Under the pieces are notes generated by a model that had not been told where the DNA came from, ran no database searches, and saw nothing but the letters and a program-made list of their open reading frames with translations. A stretch of 64,000 nucleotides of DNA from Antedon mediterranea (taxonomy: Eukaryota > Animalia > Echinodermata): contig NC_092679.1 of assembly GCF_964355755.1 (NCBI RefSeq), positions 1,642,201 to 1,706,200 of the forward strand, given 5' to 3'. Positions 13,401 through 28,400 of this stretch are shown piece after piece (position 1 is the first letter of the stretch; every line of letters begins with the position of its first letter). The position numbers and the translations under genes were made by a program.

Positions 13401-16400
13401 TGAAACCATATGTTTACTTTAGTATCTTACAATAATCGAACAAAGGAACTCAAACTTGCATTTAAAGAGGAAGATCCACCTTATTTTATCCTGCTCCTAA
13501 ACCCATTTAACCTGTTTTTCCACAGCAAATATCCATCATAAAACGTTATAGGAAACGTTTCAAGTTTTGTGTTATTATCAACACCAAACTCATAAATTAT
13601 AGTGAAGTTTCCTGTTTTTTAAATTAGAATGTTTTGATAGCTTGTGTTTGTTTGATATCAGATAGGATGTGGTTAACTTATAGTGGTCAACCATGTGCCA
13701 AACCTGAGGGGAGGTGTACATTGTTTTAAATCCCTTTTGTATATAACTGCATCATATTGGTTAACAACCTATTGCCCACTGCCTGTACAAATTTTTCCTA
13801 GAATTGCCTTTAACTTTTATTGATGACGTAATTTCAACTCATATGCATATTCTGATAACAGATAGTAATTATTATAAGTTGTTGTTTACAATGTGTACTG
13901 ACCATTTTCAATACAATTACTTTAGAGTTGGAAAAAACATTAACTAAACTTTCTATATTACTCCTTGGCGCAAAGTTACTTCGTATAGCTAAAATAATTG
14001 TCATTATAATATTTAATTAACCCATTGTTAGTGTACAATAATTAGGGAATAAAGAATTGTTTGATTTTAAGTGGGCAGAATGGAAGTGTTGTGCTGCAGC
14101 TGTTTCCGAGGAAGTGTACTGTAAATCTAGACACTATATGTTGTCAATGTCATATGGGATTTTGACTGTTTTATGTTCTATTCAAACATTAGTAAAAAAA
14201 ACTGTCTTTTTTTTTTTAAAGATAGACCATATAATGTAAATTTGGATTCATTCTAAGAATATGAATTTTTTTAAGATAAGGATTATTAAATTCATTATTT
14301 GAAGGTGGTGTGGGAAGACAATATAATTTCTGTAGGTCATCTAAATGTCATAGTTTAAACTTTTGTTTTTTTCACTATAAAGTTATCATCTATTATTATA
14401 AGCTCTTTAACTCCAACTATGGTTTACGGTTTCTCCTTGGCCTTATCCGCGGCTAATACAGATACACCTTATTGGCTTTGAGTTCCTAGACTTGTTTATA
14501 ACTCCATGTTTAGGATATTGATTTATTTGTTGGTATCTTAAATCTTTAACAAAATTAAGAGTATAATACAATACAATTATATTAGAAACGTTTACAGTAC
14601 TGTGCCAGATAGAGTAACTAATAAAATTGATTCATTAGAAAATTAAAGGAAGCAATATATAGCGGTGTATTGAATCAGAGAAATGAGTTATCTACCAGCA
14701 AATATTAAGACCTGCCAAGTGTAGATGACCTTAGGGGCAAGGAAAAGGATATGTGGGATCATTCTAATACTAGTTAACAATAACAAATAATAATCCTTGT
14801 ATATCGGAACTCCCCAAGTTGCAATAAAAAATGATCTTGTTTAATAATCACATAAATAAAGAGATAGCCAATTTGCATAGCTATTTTTATTAGAATTATC
14901 ACAGATGACCAGAAAATAAATAGGATAATGACATTGATGCTTTCAAACAAATATGAGTTTATGTCGTTCTGCTCATGTGCATATAGGAGTCACATGACAT
15001 GTCATGAAATAACGAAAAGCTACCTTGCGGTGTTATTTAACGCTCATTGTAAATCCAGATAAAGAACTTTTTATGGTGGATGGGCCGTTGCTTTGGCTTA
15101 AAGATAATTGTAGACGACAGTAAATCATAATTTAGCCAGTTTGTATATATTGTCGTAGGTATTTATTTGAATTTCCAATGGTTGTCCATAGCTAGACCGA
15201 ATTTGCATAGTATTCACTCACCTTTCATATTACTTGAGGACCGTGTGATGATAAAGAACAATAACATGTTTTAACACAATGTAAGATCTGATAGAACTTA
15301 TATGCCTACATCTGACCGATTCAACTCGGCTAATTTAGTGGTTTTGAAAGACTGCAAGATGCAGTTATTTTCAACAAGTTGTTAAACATAGTTGATGAAT
15401 GTGTGGGCAGTTGACAATCAGAAAAACATCCATCAGCCCCAAAGCTCATAATTTTATTTCATGCAAGAGTGATTACTCGAGATGCTTTAAAGTACAATAT
15501 ACATTCACTTCCATGATGCAATGTATGTTAAATTGTTACAGCAATACAGCAAGAGTGAGGTAGGATCTTTTGCATGATTTACTAGATTAAAATTTTGCCT
15601 TTTGATTTACATGTTTAAAGCTCTGTCTACACTATCGAACTTTATGTGACAAAAAATTGTGATGTGCCCATATATGGACATGATGATCACATCACTACCA
15701 TATTTAAGTATACTGTATCACTACCATATTTGGGCACACTTTTAGCTAGTTTGATAGTGTAAACAGAGCTTTAAATAAACATGAAAAATTTAATTAATCG
15801 TATGGAACATCAAATTTGGAAAGCTTAGCTGCATAATGTGACCACCCACTGCATATGCAACTCACAAAAGATCTTTCCTAGAGAAGATGATAATTATGAT
15901 ATTTTGTCTTGGTTAGTCATTGCGTTGGGTGTTGTGTTTGATGACAATTAGACATGATTTGTTTTGATAAACAAGCTTTTAATGGTTAGTTATATTGTTT
16001 ACATACCAGCTTAACAGGTAACTGAAACATGTGAGATCATTAGTACATTTAATTGTTATGACGATAAAGATTGACGTGAAGTGCATGTAATGTGACACTG
16101 TGTGATGGATATCATGTCCTAGTTTCCAATTGGTGATCTCAATAATAGACTAGTCCAGATAGTCATGTTTCCACTCTAATAAGATGCTGTAGGCATTTCG
16201 TGTTAAAAGCGAATAAACATGTGTTTTAGGGTAATTTTGGGGTGCTGAATTCAAATTTGCTGTTTACCCAGCTCAATTTTTAGATCTTCACCCTTAAAAT
16301 GTGAAAAACAAAATGGCCGCCATTTCAGACTTATTTTGGCTTATAACTTGACTTTTAAGTGACGTAGCAAGTTAAAAATGGTGTCTATACCTATGTTTGT

Positions 16401-19400
16401 GATAGTGAAGATTCCAACTATATTGTTATTAAAGTTGGAAATATTCCATTTCAGCCGCCATGTTGAAATCCAAGATGGCCGCCATTTTAAACGTATTTTG
16501 GCTTATAACTTAACTTTTAATTAACATAGCAAGTTAAAAATAGTTTCTATACCTATGTTTGTGATACTGAGGATTCCAAATATATTGTTATTAAAGTTGT
16601 AAATATTCTATTTCAGCCTCCATGTTGGAATTCAAGATGGTCGCCATTTAAAACGTATTTTGGCTTATAACTTAACATATAAGTAACATAGTAGGTTAGA
16701 AATGATGTCTATACGGTACCTATATTTGTGATACTGAGGATTCCAAATATATTGTTATTAAAGTTGTAAATATTCTATTTCAGTCACCATGTTGGAATTC
16801 AAGATGGTCGCCATTTAAAACGTATTTTGGCTTATAACTTGACATATAAGTAACATAGTAGGTTAGAAATGATGTCTACACAGTACCTATGTTTGTGATA
16901 CTGAAGATTCCAAATATATTGTTATTAAAGTTGTAAATAGCCGCCATGTTGAAATCAAAGATGGCGCCTATTTTAAACACACACACACAGGGTAGTTACA
17001 AAGTGCGAGGCAAACAAACAAATGAAAATGAAAAACTCACAAAGGGATTGTTCTTTATGTGTAAAATATTTTAAAACGAGATAGATGATAATGATGATCA
17101 TTGTCAAGTGTTTAGACAAATTTATGAAAAAAGGAGGTAATACGGAATTCATAAATGTAAAAATGTTACGATTGTTTTTTTCATTCAAGTCATATGGTAT
17201 TTACTATAAGTTGACTACAATGTTCAAATTGTTTGTTCATAATGATAATGAAAGAGTTGGTCAAAAAGACTTCACAGAATTAATTCAATACAACAACAAC
17301 GTATTTATATCAAAACATTTCTCGGAATAGAAATAGATTGTAAAATTGGTAAAAAAACAAACATGTTAAATGTATACAAACAACAATTGATAAAGACATC
17401 AGTATAATAATAATATATAAATTGAGAAAACTGCTAAAAAATAGTGTATAATTTATTTTATTTATGCATTGATATTACCATATATTAAAGATGTATTGTC
17501 CCTTGAAACACAAAAAAATGAAGGTCAAAATATTCTAAATTTAAAGTGGCCATATCAAAGTAATATTAAAGTTATTCACTTTAAGTCGAAAATTTGAGCC
17601 AAAAACAACAAGTTTACATAATTAACAGGTAAATTAGTTTGATTACATTTCATCTGGAAAATCGTCACGAGCGAAAGTAAACAAAGATTTCAAACCATGA
17701 GTACGCATTATGCATATGCTAAATTAGGATTGTTTACAACTCGTCACGGTTAAGAAGGTATTTTCACACAGATCATGAGGAAGTTTTATGATTATGCATA
17801 CAGAGTAGCCAAACAAGCGCGTTTCATTATGGGATATGTTTTGATTGAAAACTTTGACTGGAAGTCAAAGTTATTTTTTTACCAAAAAAACGTCTGTATT
17901 TCAGTTAAATTTTTTTTTTTTCGAAAAATTTTTGGTGATAGTTAATAACTATTATGATACTTCAAAATGACCCACCTTTTTTCGAAATCTATTATTTTTT
18001 ATTTTTTTGGAATTAGTCAAAGGGACAATACATCTTTAATGATTGTTGTGAAATTTGGGTGTAACACTTATAAAAGTACAGTACAAAATGTTTATAAAAA
18101 AAAGGTACTGTAATTTATAAAATTATCAATAGTGTAAGATGATAGCATTAGCCATAGTAGTAAATGATACTGGATACCAGAGGAAGTAGAGGATTCGTTT
18201 TGAGGTATTTTCATCTACAGTATTATATATAATGCCTTCAATTCAGAATAAGGAAATAGAATTAACTAGCTTCACGGCCAAAATGATAATAGAGGACTAA
18301 AACAAAGTGGAATGCGTCAATTTCTCATGCATTTATTGGTGAAAAACACGTTTAATCTCAATATATTTGTTAATTTGTCAATAAAAATGCTGTAATATGT
18401 TACTGCTGATACTGTTCTGTTTTCAAAGAATAATAATCGATCCTAAATTTTGGGAAATGATAAAATGATGCCTCGCATTTTTTGATGATGGTAAAACGAT
18501 GCCTCGCATACATTTCTGACTTGCCTTGCTTTTGCGCATATCCTAGGCCTGTTGTGCATGTAGTTCTCTGTGCCCTGGGGACCTGTGAACAACTGCACAT
18601 AGCCGGCCTAGCCCATTAAACAATTATTACGCAATAAACATTAAGCTATATATGCTTTGCAATTAGTGGTAATATGTAGGCCTACACACATAAATATAAG
18701 TTTAATTTATAGTATAATAATTAGATATCAAATTAATAGTTTTCATACAATACTATCGTTGATTTATATAGCGCCTAATGTTGTGAAACATTATTACCCC
18801 AGTCTATTGGATCAAACGTGTATGGAAACATCCAAAATTGAAATGACACATGAAATAAATAATTTCATATTGCAGTTTTTGGTATAACAAGTGAGCATCT
18901 TCATCTGCAATCAAAGTTGCTATTTCATTGCCAGAATTTTACCTGTTTGGTGACCAAGTCAACAACTTTTTTGGCTTATATTATAATGCTGTTTCCAAGA
19001 TTCATCGAGCATAAAGGACATTATATTGTGCCAACAAGGATGAAGAACCATCAGTTAAAGATACTGCATATCAACGGTATTCAAAGGGTTTGGGTAATTT
19101 TCTAACTTGCCATCACTACCGGTGACCGGTAAACAAGCTTTGTTCATCCACACCAGCATTTGTTATAAATCTTTATGAATTTGAAATAATTAGAAATGGT
19201 GAATAAATTGATAATTGGTACTTAATTACAGTATTTAAATTTCTACAACAAGCAGTATTTAACTTCCTTGGCAAAAAATTTCAGGAAATGGAATCGAAAC
19301 TTTGAATGCAGATGGAGCATTAAATCTATTAGGGGCCTACTATTACTTTGTTATCATTAACAAAATATTTTAAGACAGAAGAAGCAATATAGTGGAAAAA

Positions 19401-22400
19401 TCTGTAGTTAAGGAAAACACTGGGGAGCAAATGGCAACATCTTCAATGGCATTTCGAATGAGAAACGATCTGTACTTGCAAAGAAACAAAGATATGAATT
19501 ATGAATGAATTCGAAACATGCATCTTTTGTTCAGTCCAAAATTAACAAGACATCTGATTAATAATAATTAATAGTAATTCACTTACAGTAGGTGGTCTAT
19601 AAGTAAAACCAACTGTTAAGGAGATAATATACAGGGCTTCAAAATGGTAAATGGCGGCCATTTTTAATTTATGCTAATGAACCCACTTCACGATGTCCGA
19701 TTTTGGTAAACTTTGGATATGATGTTAATTTGGACCATATCAACCAGACAAAACAAAAACAAATTATGTTGCAATTTGTTCTAGGTTCAACCATACTTTT
19801 ACTGGACTATAGGTAGAAACCATTTTTAACTTGCTATGTTAATTAAAAGTCAAGTTATAAGCCAAAATACGTTTAAAATGGCGGCCATCTTGGATTTCAA
19901 CATGATGGCTGAAATAGAATATTTTCAACTTTAATAACAATATAGTTGGAATCTTCACTATCACAAACATAGGCATAGACACCATTTTTAACTTGCTACG
20001 TCACTTAAAAGTCAACTTATAAGCCAAAATAAGTCTGAAATGGCGGCCATTTTGTTTTTCACATTTTAATGGTGAAGATCTAAAAATTGAGCCGGCTAAA
20101 CAGCAAATTTGAATTTAGCACCCCAAAATTACCCTAAAACACATGTTTATTCGCTTTTAACACAAAATGCCTACAGCATTTCATTTTTCTCAAATCTGGA
20201 CTACCGTAGTCTATAATGCATTCTTGATGCATCATACAAGAAATATTATTAGTATACAAATAATGCACAAGTCAGAGTGCGTTAGTGGAGATGTGGCGCA
20301 CTAAAGGGTATTTACAATGGTGCGATATGCACTAGGGAAAGTATCATGCAAAGTGCATGATAGTGAAAAAATAAAGAGTGCACACGTAAGTCATTTCAGC
20401 TCGTCTTATTGGCTACATCCTTGAACCCATTTTATAATTGCTTTTAATTTAATATTCCTATCTTCATCATCAGTATCATCATCATCATCGTCATTATCAT
20501 CATCTTCATCAGTATCAACTATCATCATCATCATACTTGTCAAAATAGCAAGTATATATTGCTTGCTTTGTTGATTTTTTTGCACGATAACGTCCGCAAT
20601 TTTCAAGTTGTCGTCCTAAATTGATTTTTTAAGAAAATCGATATCTTGATTTAATGTCATAAAAGCTTATTAAAATATCAGGTTATTAATATTATATCTG
20701 CATCTTCAATATGAGATGAAAATGTTAAATACTCTCTGTTGCTACTGCATTTTGACAAGTATTTTTTTTGGTTTGAATGCGAAAATGTATGAATATGTTC
20801 ATCTGCATTGATCATATTCTTTAATTTTTCCTCAAATGTTGCTGCAGCCTCATTTTCAACTGTTTCTGTTTTTAGAGAGAATGATACAAAATATGGCAAC
20901 TTATTGTAATGTTTAAAGCCCCATTCCCTACGTTTTTTAGATCTAATTTAAGATCACAAACTATATTTAATGTAAAAATAATACTATATGGTCCTATTGC
21001 GATAACTTTTTTCGTCTTTTAAACAGTTAAAAATGTGAAAAATAAATCGATTCTAATAATTATAGCGGCCCGCTATAAATCCCAAAATGCATTGCGCGCG
21101 GATTGATATTTTTGTTTTTCACCTGTAATTCGCCCACTTTTCGATCGATCGTGAAGCCAAAACAAATGGAAGACTCCTAACTTTTCAGCGAAAATACCGG
21201 GTTTTCCCCAATTTGTATCAACGGAGTCTGGCAAAAATAGAAAGACAATTAATGCAGCAACTATACAACGTCAGGCTAGGTATATAGCTAGCGTACGATG
21301 TTCGTACGTTATCGATGTTTACCAGCTAGGCCTACAAAACTAAGCCTAGCTAGGCCAGGCCTAAGACCGTCCACAAGAGGTCGATCGCCGCGAGCTACTT
21401 AGGTAGTGCATTGTTTCTCACTTTTTATCATAATTTACCATAAAACGTACATTTAAGACAAGGAATGACATGGTTTAATGTTTTTAAAGTGATATATTTA
21501 TTATTTTCCAAAAAACGTCCAAAATTGCAGGGAAGGGGTCTTTAAGAATTGTTACAATAAGTGTTGCAGTTTTTCTTTTAAACCGTTTCTGTTCTAGTAA
21601 AATTGTTTGTGGTAAGCAACAATGTTCCTTAATGTCATAGTTCGAGTCTGATAGTCATTAGTTGGTTCCTCACAAAACCATTGTCAATTTTTGACATCCT
21701 TTCGTTTTCTTTTTATTTTGTACTTTAATTTCATCTATTACCACAGATATTATTGTATTGTCTTCCTTGTTCACACTAAGGTAATAATGTCTGGCAACCC
21801 AACTTTATTATTAGTTTGTTGTGGTCCATATCCTTCTGAAATAACCATCTTCTTTATAGCAATTAATTCTGTAGTCATTGTCTTGCTGAACTTAACATAT
21901 ATGTAATATACTGATTTTGTTACTTAATTTTAGAGACCACCATCAAAATGTTAACCAGACACACTGAGCTGTACTATGTAAATTTAATCTGTGTTAATGA
22001 TTTAATAGTAGCAGTAATAAGTCAACTTTAGATTATTCGTTTATTCATAGTGGTTGATTAGAGAACTGTACTGTAAGTAAATTAATCTTTTCAAAAACTG
22101 CTTTAGGATGGATGGCTTATTGATTTTCTGAAATAGATTATTAAACGCTAGAAATAAAATGTATTACGACAGGTGTGTGGCGAAGATTTCTTATGTGAAC
22201 ATGTATGCCCTTGGTCAATACTAGATTACTGTACTGTACAAGTTTTCTTGTTTTCTTGTTTTCTAACTTGGATTTGAAACCTATAAACCTAAGTATAAAA
22301 CAACAAAAAAAATGATGAAATACATTTTTGTGATAAAATTCAAATATGCGTTTTCAATTTATTTGAAAAAGTAGTTTTATAATAATGGCTCCATCTCAAT

Positions 22401-25400
22401 ACTTTCAGTGATTGCTATTCTATTCTTTCTTTTCACACCTATTAAAGTTTATTATCATATACACTCTAATGTTTTTCTTTGGCTTTTTATTCTCTATAGC
22501 TTGAATATGATGAGTCATCATTATTGAATTGTTAGTTTCCACCCCCAATTTATTCCACCCTTTATACTAACAAGTTATTGTATATTAACCCTTGATCCTG
22601 TGCATTTTGTTTTCCAAATAACAATGAAAGCGTAGATACTGTAGTTGCTCTAGATACCCTTTTATTTTGAACTAAATTTTTACAAAAGTTGAATGATTCC
22701 GAAATTGAATGCTCAACCCTAAGGACAATCAAAGTATATCGAAACATCAATAAACTCGACAATTCTTTTTAGAAATGTACACATTTGCCATGGCAACCTT
22801 CAAACAATAATATAACAATATATATGATATATGAATCGTAACAAAAAATGTCAATAAGTCAACATCTATTACTCATAAAGCGCGTTTGTGGTTTTAAAAA
22901 CTTTTTGTGAGTCATTATGATAAACTAACAATAGGCCTTTTTACAACAAACATTTGTTTTGGTAATGAATGCATCTGATAAAAGAACAACTCTTTATTGA
23001 TAAAAGACATCTATTTACAGAGGGAAGTTTTGTTTTACAGAATAATAGTTAAGAGATGGGCGCCAAATTCTATGGTTTGGAGGATTATTTTATTATTGTA
23101 TTTGTAAAAATCAGGTCCGTTAAAAATGAGGAAAAAGCTTACAGTTTCAAGAGTCTTTGATATAAGTGTTAAAAATGGTTTTGTTGTTTAGAGAAATAGA
23201 TTTTATCATAAATACTGTATAAATTGTGATATGAGGTTACGTAGTAGAGATTTTACTTTTTTTTTGAGTGCTGCCATTTATCCTCATCTAGCTGTAATAG
23301 TATTTTTGACTTCAAAATTATTTAAACCCAATAGCTTTTACATACTCTTATTACACAATTAAAGAATAGGTTTCCTTAACTGATAAATTATAAACTGCTC
23401 TTTTAACTGCTATCCAGGCATTATAATACTTTACATTATGTAAGTTGTGATTTGTTACAAAAGTGTGAACAGGCTTTCACCGTCTCCACCATTGACTGTT
23501 TTGATGGTTTCTGGGTCCAGGCGATGATCTAGTATTGATATGACCCACCTTGTTCCTTGAAAAGATTTTAACTATTAATATTATCCTACAAGTTTTTTTT
23601 TAGGGATGTTATATTTTCGTGTGATTAAATCTTTGATACAGCTTTAATCCCTATTTCAACTTGTTCCTGTGTGTGTACTGTATTAGGTTTTAGTTTTGGC
23701 TTTGATCCTATTGTTATCCAGGATATGTAACCAGTCTGTTAAAGTAATTAACTCAAGAGCCATATGCTTTAAAAACACTTCTATATACAAACATTTGACA
23801 AACACTTTCCTATTCAAACATTTCATGAAAAGTTTTCTTTTCTGAATGAAAAGAAAGAAATACTTTATCTGGGATAATAGCTATTTGAATAATGATAAAT
23901 GCAGTATCATTGTTTGTAGTGTGTTTATTATCTAAATGCAAAGAAATTCAAAAACTTCCTAGCATTAAAATATTGAAGATCAAAGAGTGCAAAAAGTTTC
24001 CCTGGCAACTAAATAAATATTATGCTTCTGCTACATAGTGCCGAATAAACCGATTATTTAAAAAATCTAATTTTTATATGGATTGCATTTCTGCTCAATT
24101 TTTTTATCCAAAATAACTGTTTAATTTAAATCAGTTGGTATTAATTGTTAGAATTACCAATTTTATGCAGCAGAAACAGGGCCTACAAGTGTCAGATCAA
24201 GTCTCTTTCAACACTGAGTTACTCTAGACACTGCCTTTATATTACATAACTTGCAAACATAATGTTAAGTTATTTACCATTATTAATAGTTTTATGATCA
24301 TGGAAGAAAAGGAGAAAATACATTCAAATTGAATTGAGTTTTAAAATTCTCTCCTCAACTAGCAATTATGAAATCTACCATTAATTTTAATTAATTTTGA
24401 GTACTAAGTTATTTACTGTAAACACTGCCTTTATACAAAACGGTCAAGAAGACACTACTTTAAAAAGGTTATTCAGAGGTTTCTTTCTCCCTTTCACTCT
24501 AACAACTTCCTCACTGTCTATTAAAATATTGGTTTTAAACTATTTTGGCAGATGATAAAAAAGGAAGAAAAACACTGTAAAACCAAAGCTACTTTTCCTT
24601 GTGGAATTACTTTCAAGTTATAAAAACCCTTTTTTTTTGTTCAAGGCCTAGTATCGTTATCATGTGCTTTTGGCAATAGTTAATAGAATATTATGTCAGG
24701 TTTTCTTGAAGAACCATGTAATTTGGCTGAAGTTCTATGTTTACCAGTTCTGTTCTAAAGAGGTAATATTGTTCAAGTGGTTTGGCCCGTATGTCCTTAT
24801 TTCCTTTTCGAATAATCTTCGAAACAATCGCAATATGGTACCATGTTACAATACATAAGGAAGTGTTTTTAAAATGAACTGTAAACATGCCCTTTATCAT
24901 CCATACTGTTGTTTAAATAAAGTACATTTTAAGGTTAGGTGTTATTGTTTTTTCGCACTCTTTTATACCAAAAATCTGTAACTGAATGCTTATAAGAGGC
25001 CACAGATTTCAACCCAAATAGAAAATATACATTAACCTTCTGTTGATGAACTGTGTTGAATATTATTACATCACGTTCGACACTTAGTACTGTTTTTGAT
25101 ACAGTATTAATTTGTTTGTTTTATACAGTATAATAGTAGATGCCAGAAATCTTTTCAATATTAACATTACATGGATTATAGTAGCATGGATTCCATATTT
25201 TGTTATTATTTATCTGGACCTAATTGAGTACAATTTGAGTACAAATATTTCAATTTACTGTTAGATAACCATAATAAATGCACTCGCTCTCAAAGTAATA
25301 ATGACTTATCTATTCTGTTATGGAATAACTCTCATGGTAAAAGAACTTTTGTTTATAGGGGCCTGTTTCTGCTGCAACTGCTCAAAATACGGTATAAAAA

Positions 25401-28400
25401 TACGGTATTTTTTAGTATCCCGTTTCTGCTAACAATACTTCTTGGGTGGTCGTGTTAAATTTCATCCTTTTTACCCAAATTGCAATTCATTTATTTGGTC
25501 GATAATTAAAAGTCGCAATAAAGGAAGTTTTACGTCTCACTTTCAACAGCCTAGCCCTAGTGATAGAGATGTTGTGAGAGCACAGAAAACATCGTAATGG
25601 GGACAAGTAATTCATTCCCTCCACGAGTTATTTTCTTTTGCAATGTTGTACTGCTTCGCAGGCTCTTTAGCCTTGAATTTACTTGCTTTGGAGACAAGTC
25701 TATTCCGTACTCCTGCTGATTTATTTTTTTAGAAATGTCTTTATAAATGTGGTTGTCCCTTTTATTACCTTTTAGTTGGCCGGACATTTTAGCTCCTTCC
25801 CCACACAGATTTATATAGTAAATACTGTGACGTCTTCGCTCCACATTATCGCCGAATATATCTATACACGTGTCTGACAGCGACAGAAAATAAAAACACG
25901 ATGTTGTCCTCATGTCATAGGTAAAAAAAAAAACGGTATTTTTTATTGGCAGCAGAAAAGGGTACAAAAAATACGGTATAAATTTGTAAATACCGTATTT
26001 TATCCACAAATTTTGTTGGAAAAATACGGTTTACAAAATACGGTATTTTTTTATGAGCGCAGTTTCTGCTGACAAAAAATATGGTATATATTATATATTT
26101 TATACAGTATTTTTTGAATACCGTATAAAATACGGTATTTTCTTGGCAGCAGAAACAGGGCCAATATCAACTAAACTATGGAATTCTCTACCAAATAACA
26201 TAAAATCAGAACCCCATGTCTTTGGCAACTTTTAAATCTTCACTATAGAAAACATATGTATTAACCTTTTTGCCTCATAGTTGTAAATAGTTTTATATCT
26301 CTTTTCTTTCTTTTTGCTTTTTTTTTTATATTTTATTTTTGTTATAAATATGTTTACTGTTTAATGTTTAATTTGTATTGAAAGTGTATTTCAGTTTAAA
26401 GAAAGAACAAATAAATAAATAAAATGTATATTTTGTCTTTCAAATTTAACCATAGTTCATCAATTATTATAAATGAGCAGATTGTATTTACCAGGAATTA
26501 TCTTTGTACCTCCAGGCGCTTACAATATTTACTTAATCAAAATGGATTTCTGTAAATTGTTTCCGTAATCCTTCAATATTTTTTTCTTCTACCGTACCTT
26601 TCAATCTTCAAACTATGTACTATTATTACGATATTGATAGCGAATTTGTTTGATTCTTTTCTGCCTCAGTGTTGTACAATCAATTATGAAAACATGTTGG
26701 AAAAATTGTTATTTGTTTCAGTTTTGAAATAGAGTATGCTTAATTAATAATAGTTTTCTAAGTACAGTGAAGGAGGAATAGATTAACATTATTTTACGCA
26801 CTGAATTGTAGGGCCCACACAGAGAGAGAAACACGCACACACTTTATACCATGCCTAGTTAAATTAATTTAACATACTAAATGATGTTTAAGCCATTACA
26901 ACCCCTGATGTACACATCCTGATGCGTGTTAACAATTTGCTTATTATACAGAATCTTACAATATCTAATAGACCTCAATATTCGATCTTTCATACAATAT
27001 AAAAAAGCTCTTTTTTGGTAAAATTTACACTGAATTAGATTTAGTTGTACAATATTTAATTACATTGATGGTAAAAATATAATCAAAATTTGGGATTGCC
27101 CATAATACATTAACAAAAAAAAGTAAACACTGTACATAAACAATTTTCAAGGAAGATACTAATTAAAATTAATATCTATCATTAGAAAAAATGCATTTAA
27201 AAAAAGCAGTAGTGAAGGTAAATCTGTATCAGTTACTTATAATTACAGACCCCTATTAATTATTTTGTATATACTTACTGTATATCCAATCTTCACCAGC
27301 TTGTTATGTATAACTACAAACAATTACACCTGGACATCAAATGTTTAATATTTGATAACACCTGGTTTATGTTAATTATATTTTTGACAGATGGTGAGTT
27401 TCCCAGATGTTTAAGCTTTGCTTTTTAAGATGTAACAATTACAAATAGTTGTTAATTAGTAGATATTTGTGATGAACAATCCTGGGGTCTATGACAGACG
27501 TTTCAACAAACTTAGCTTCTAATTTAAACAATGACAAATCATTTAAACAAATAAAATCAAATGAAATGCTAGGTGAGCAAGACAAATATACAAATTCACA
27601 CACGAGTTAACCGAGTCGCTTACTACAAAAGACCTGATAGATAACAATGCGCAAAGATAACACGCGATAACACAAAGTGATTACGCTCCGCACTCGTGAT
27701 TCACGCACCAGACACACCTCACTCAAAGCCGACGCACAACCGGCCTTGTGAGACTGATTTACACGATCCAATGAAGTTTTGCAGTTTATCCACTCACCCT
27801 ATTTATCGAGGGTTATTCGACTTATTGCTCAATGAAGCGTGTCATCTGCTTTGTCATACTCTTGATCAATGAGAGTTTCACAGTACGGTTGAATAATCGC
27901 GGATAGCTTCGCATTTCTGTCAAATCTGGCCTCGTAAATATTAGTTTTTGTCGGTGGATAGTTTATTTAAGTGATGCAATGGAAATATAAATAAACCCAC
28001 TGAATTGATTTGATGATGTTCACCAATTATTGTCATATTGTGAGATTTGAGTAATATACATCTGTTTGCTTCCCACCTATACTTTGTTTTTCTAGCTTCT
28101 CTGCTTGATAATTTGGTTATAAATGTGTAGGTTTGTTGTCACGATTAAAACTTTTTAAAGTTATCATATATATTATAGTTTGAAATGCTTTAATATTTCT
28201 CTATATATGTTACCATACTGATTTTGATTAAAATTGTAATTGAATTATTGTATGTTCTTATTGAGTACCAAATCAGTCTAATCAAAACGTATACTTATTG
28301 AATTTGGATTTCTTTTTCTTGCTTGTAATTTATGTGCAAGCTCTGTCTACACTAAACTTTATGTGACAAAAACATTTTTATATATCCATATATGGACATG

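Noticed and set aside
25557-26009. 150-aa host gene
   Set aside because: Lies within transposon TIRs; the N-terminal half is translated subterminal repeat and only a Myb/SANT fragment is real.
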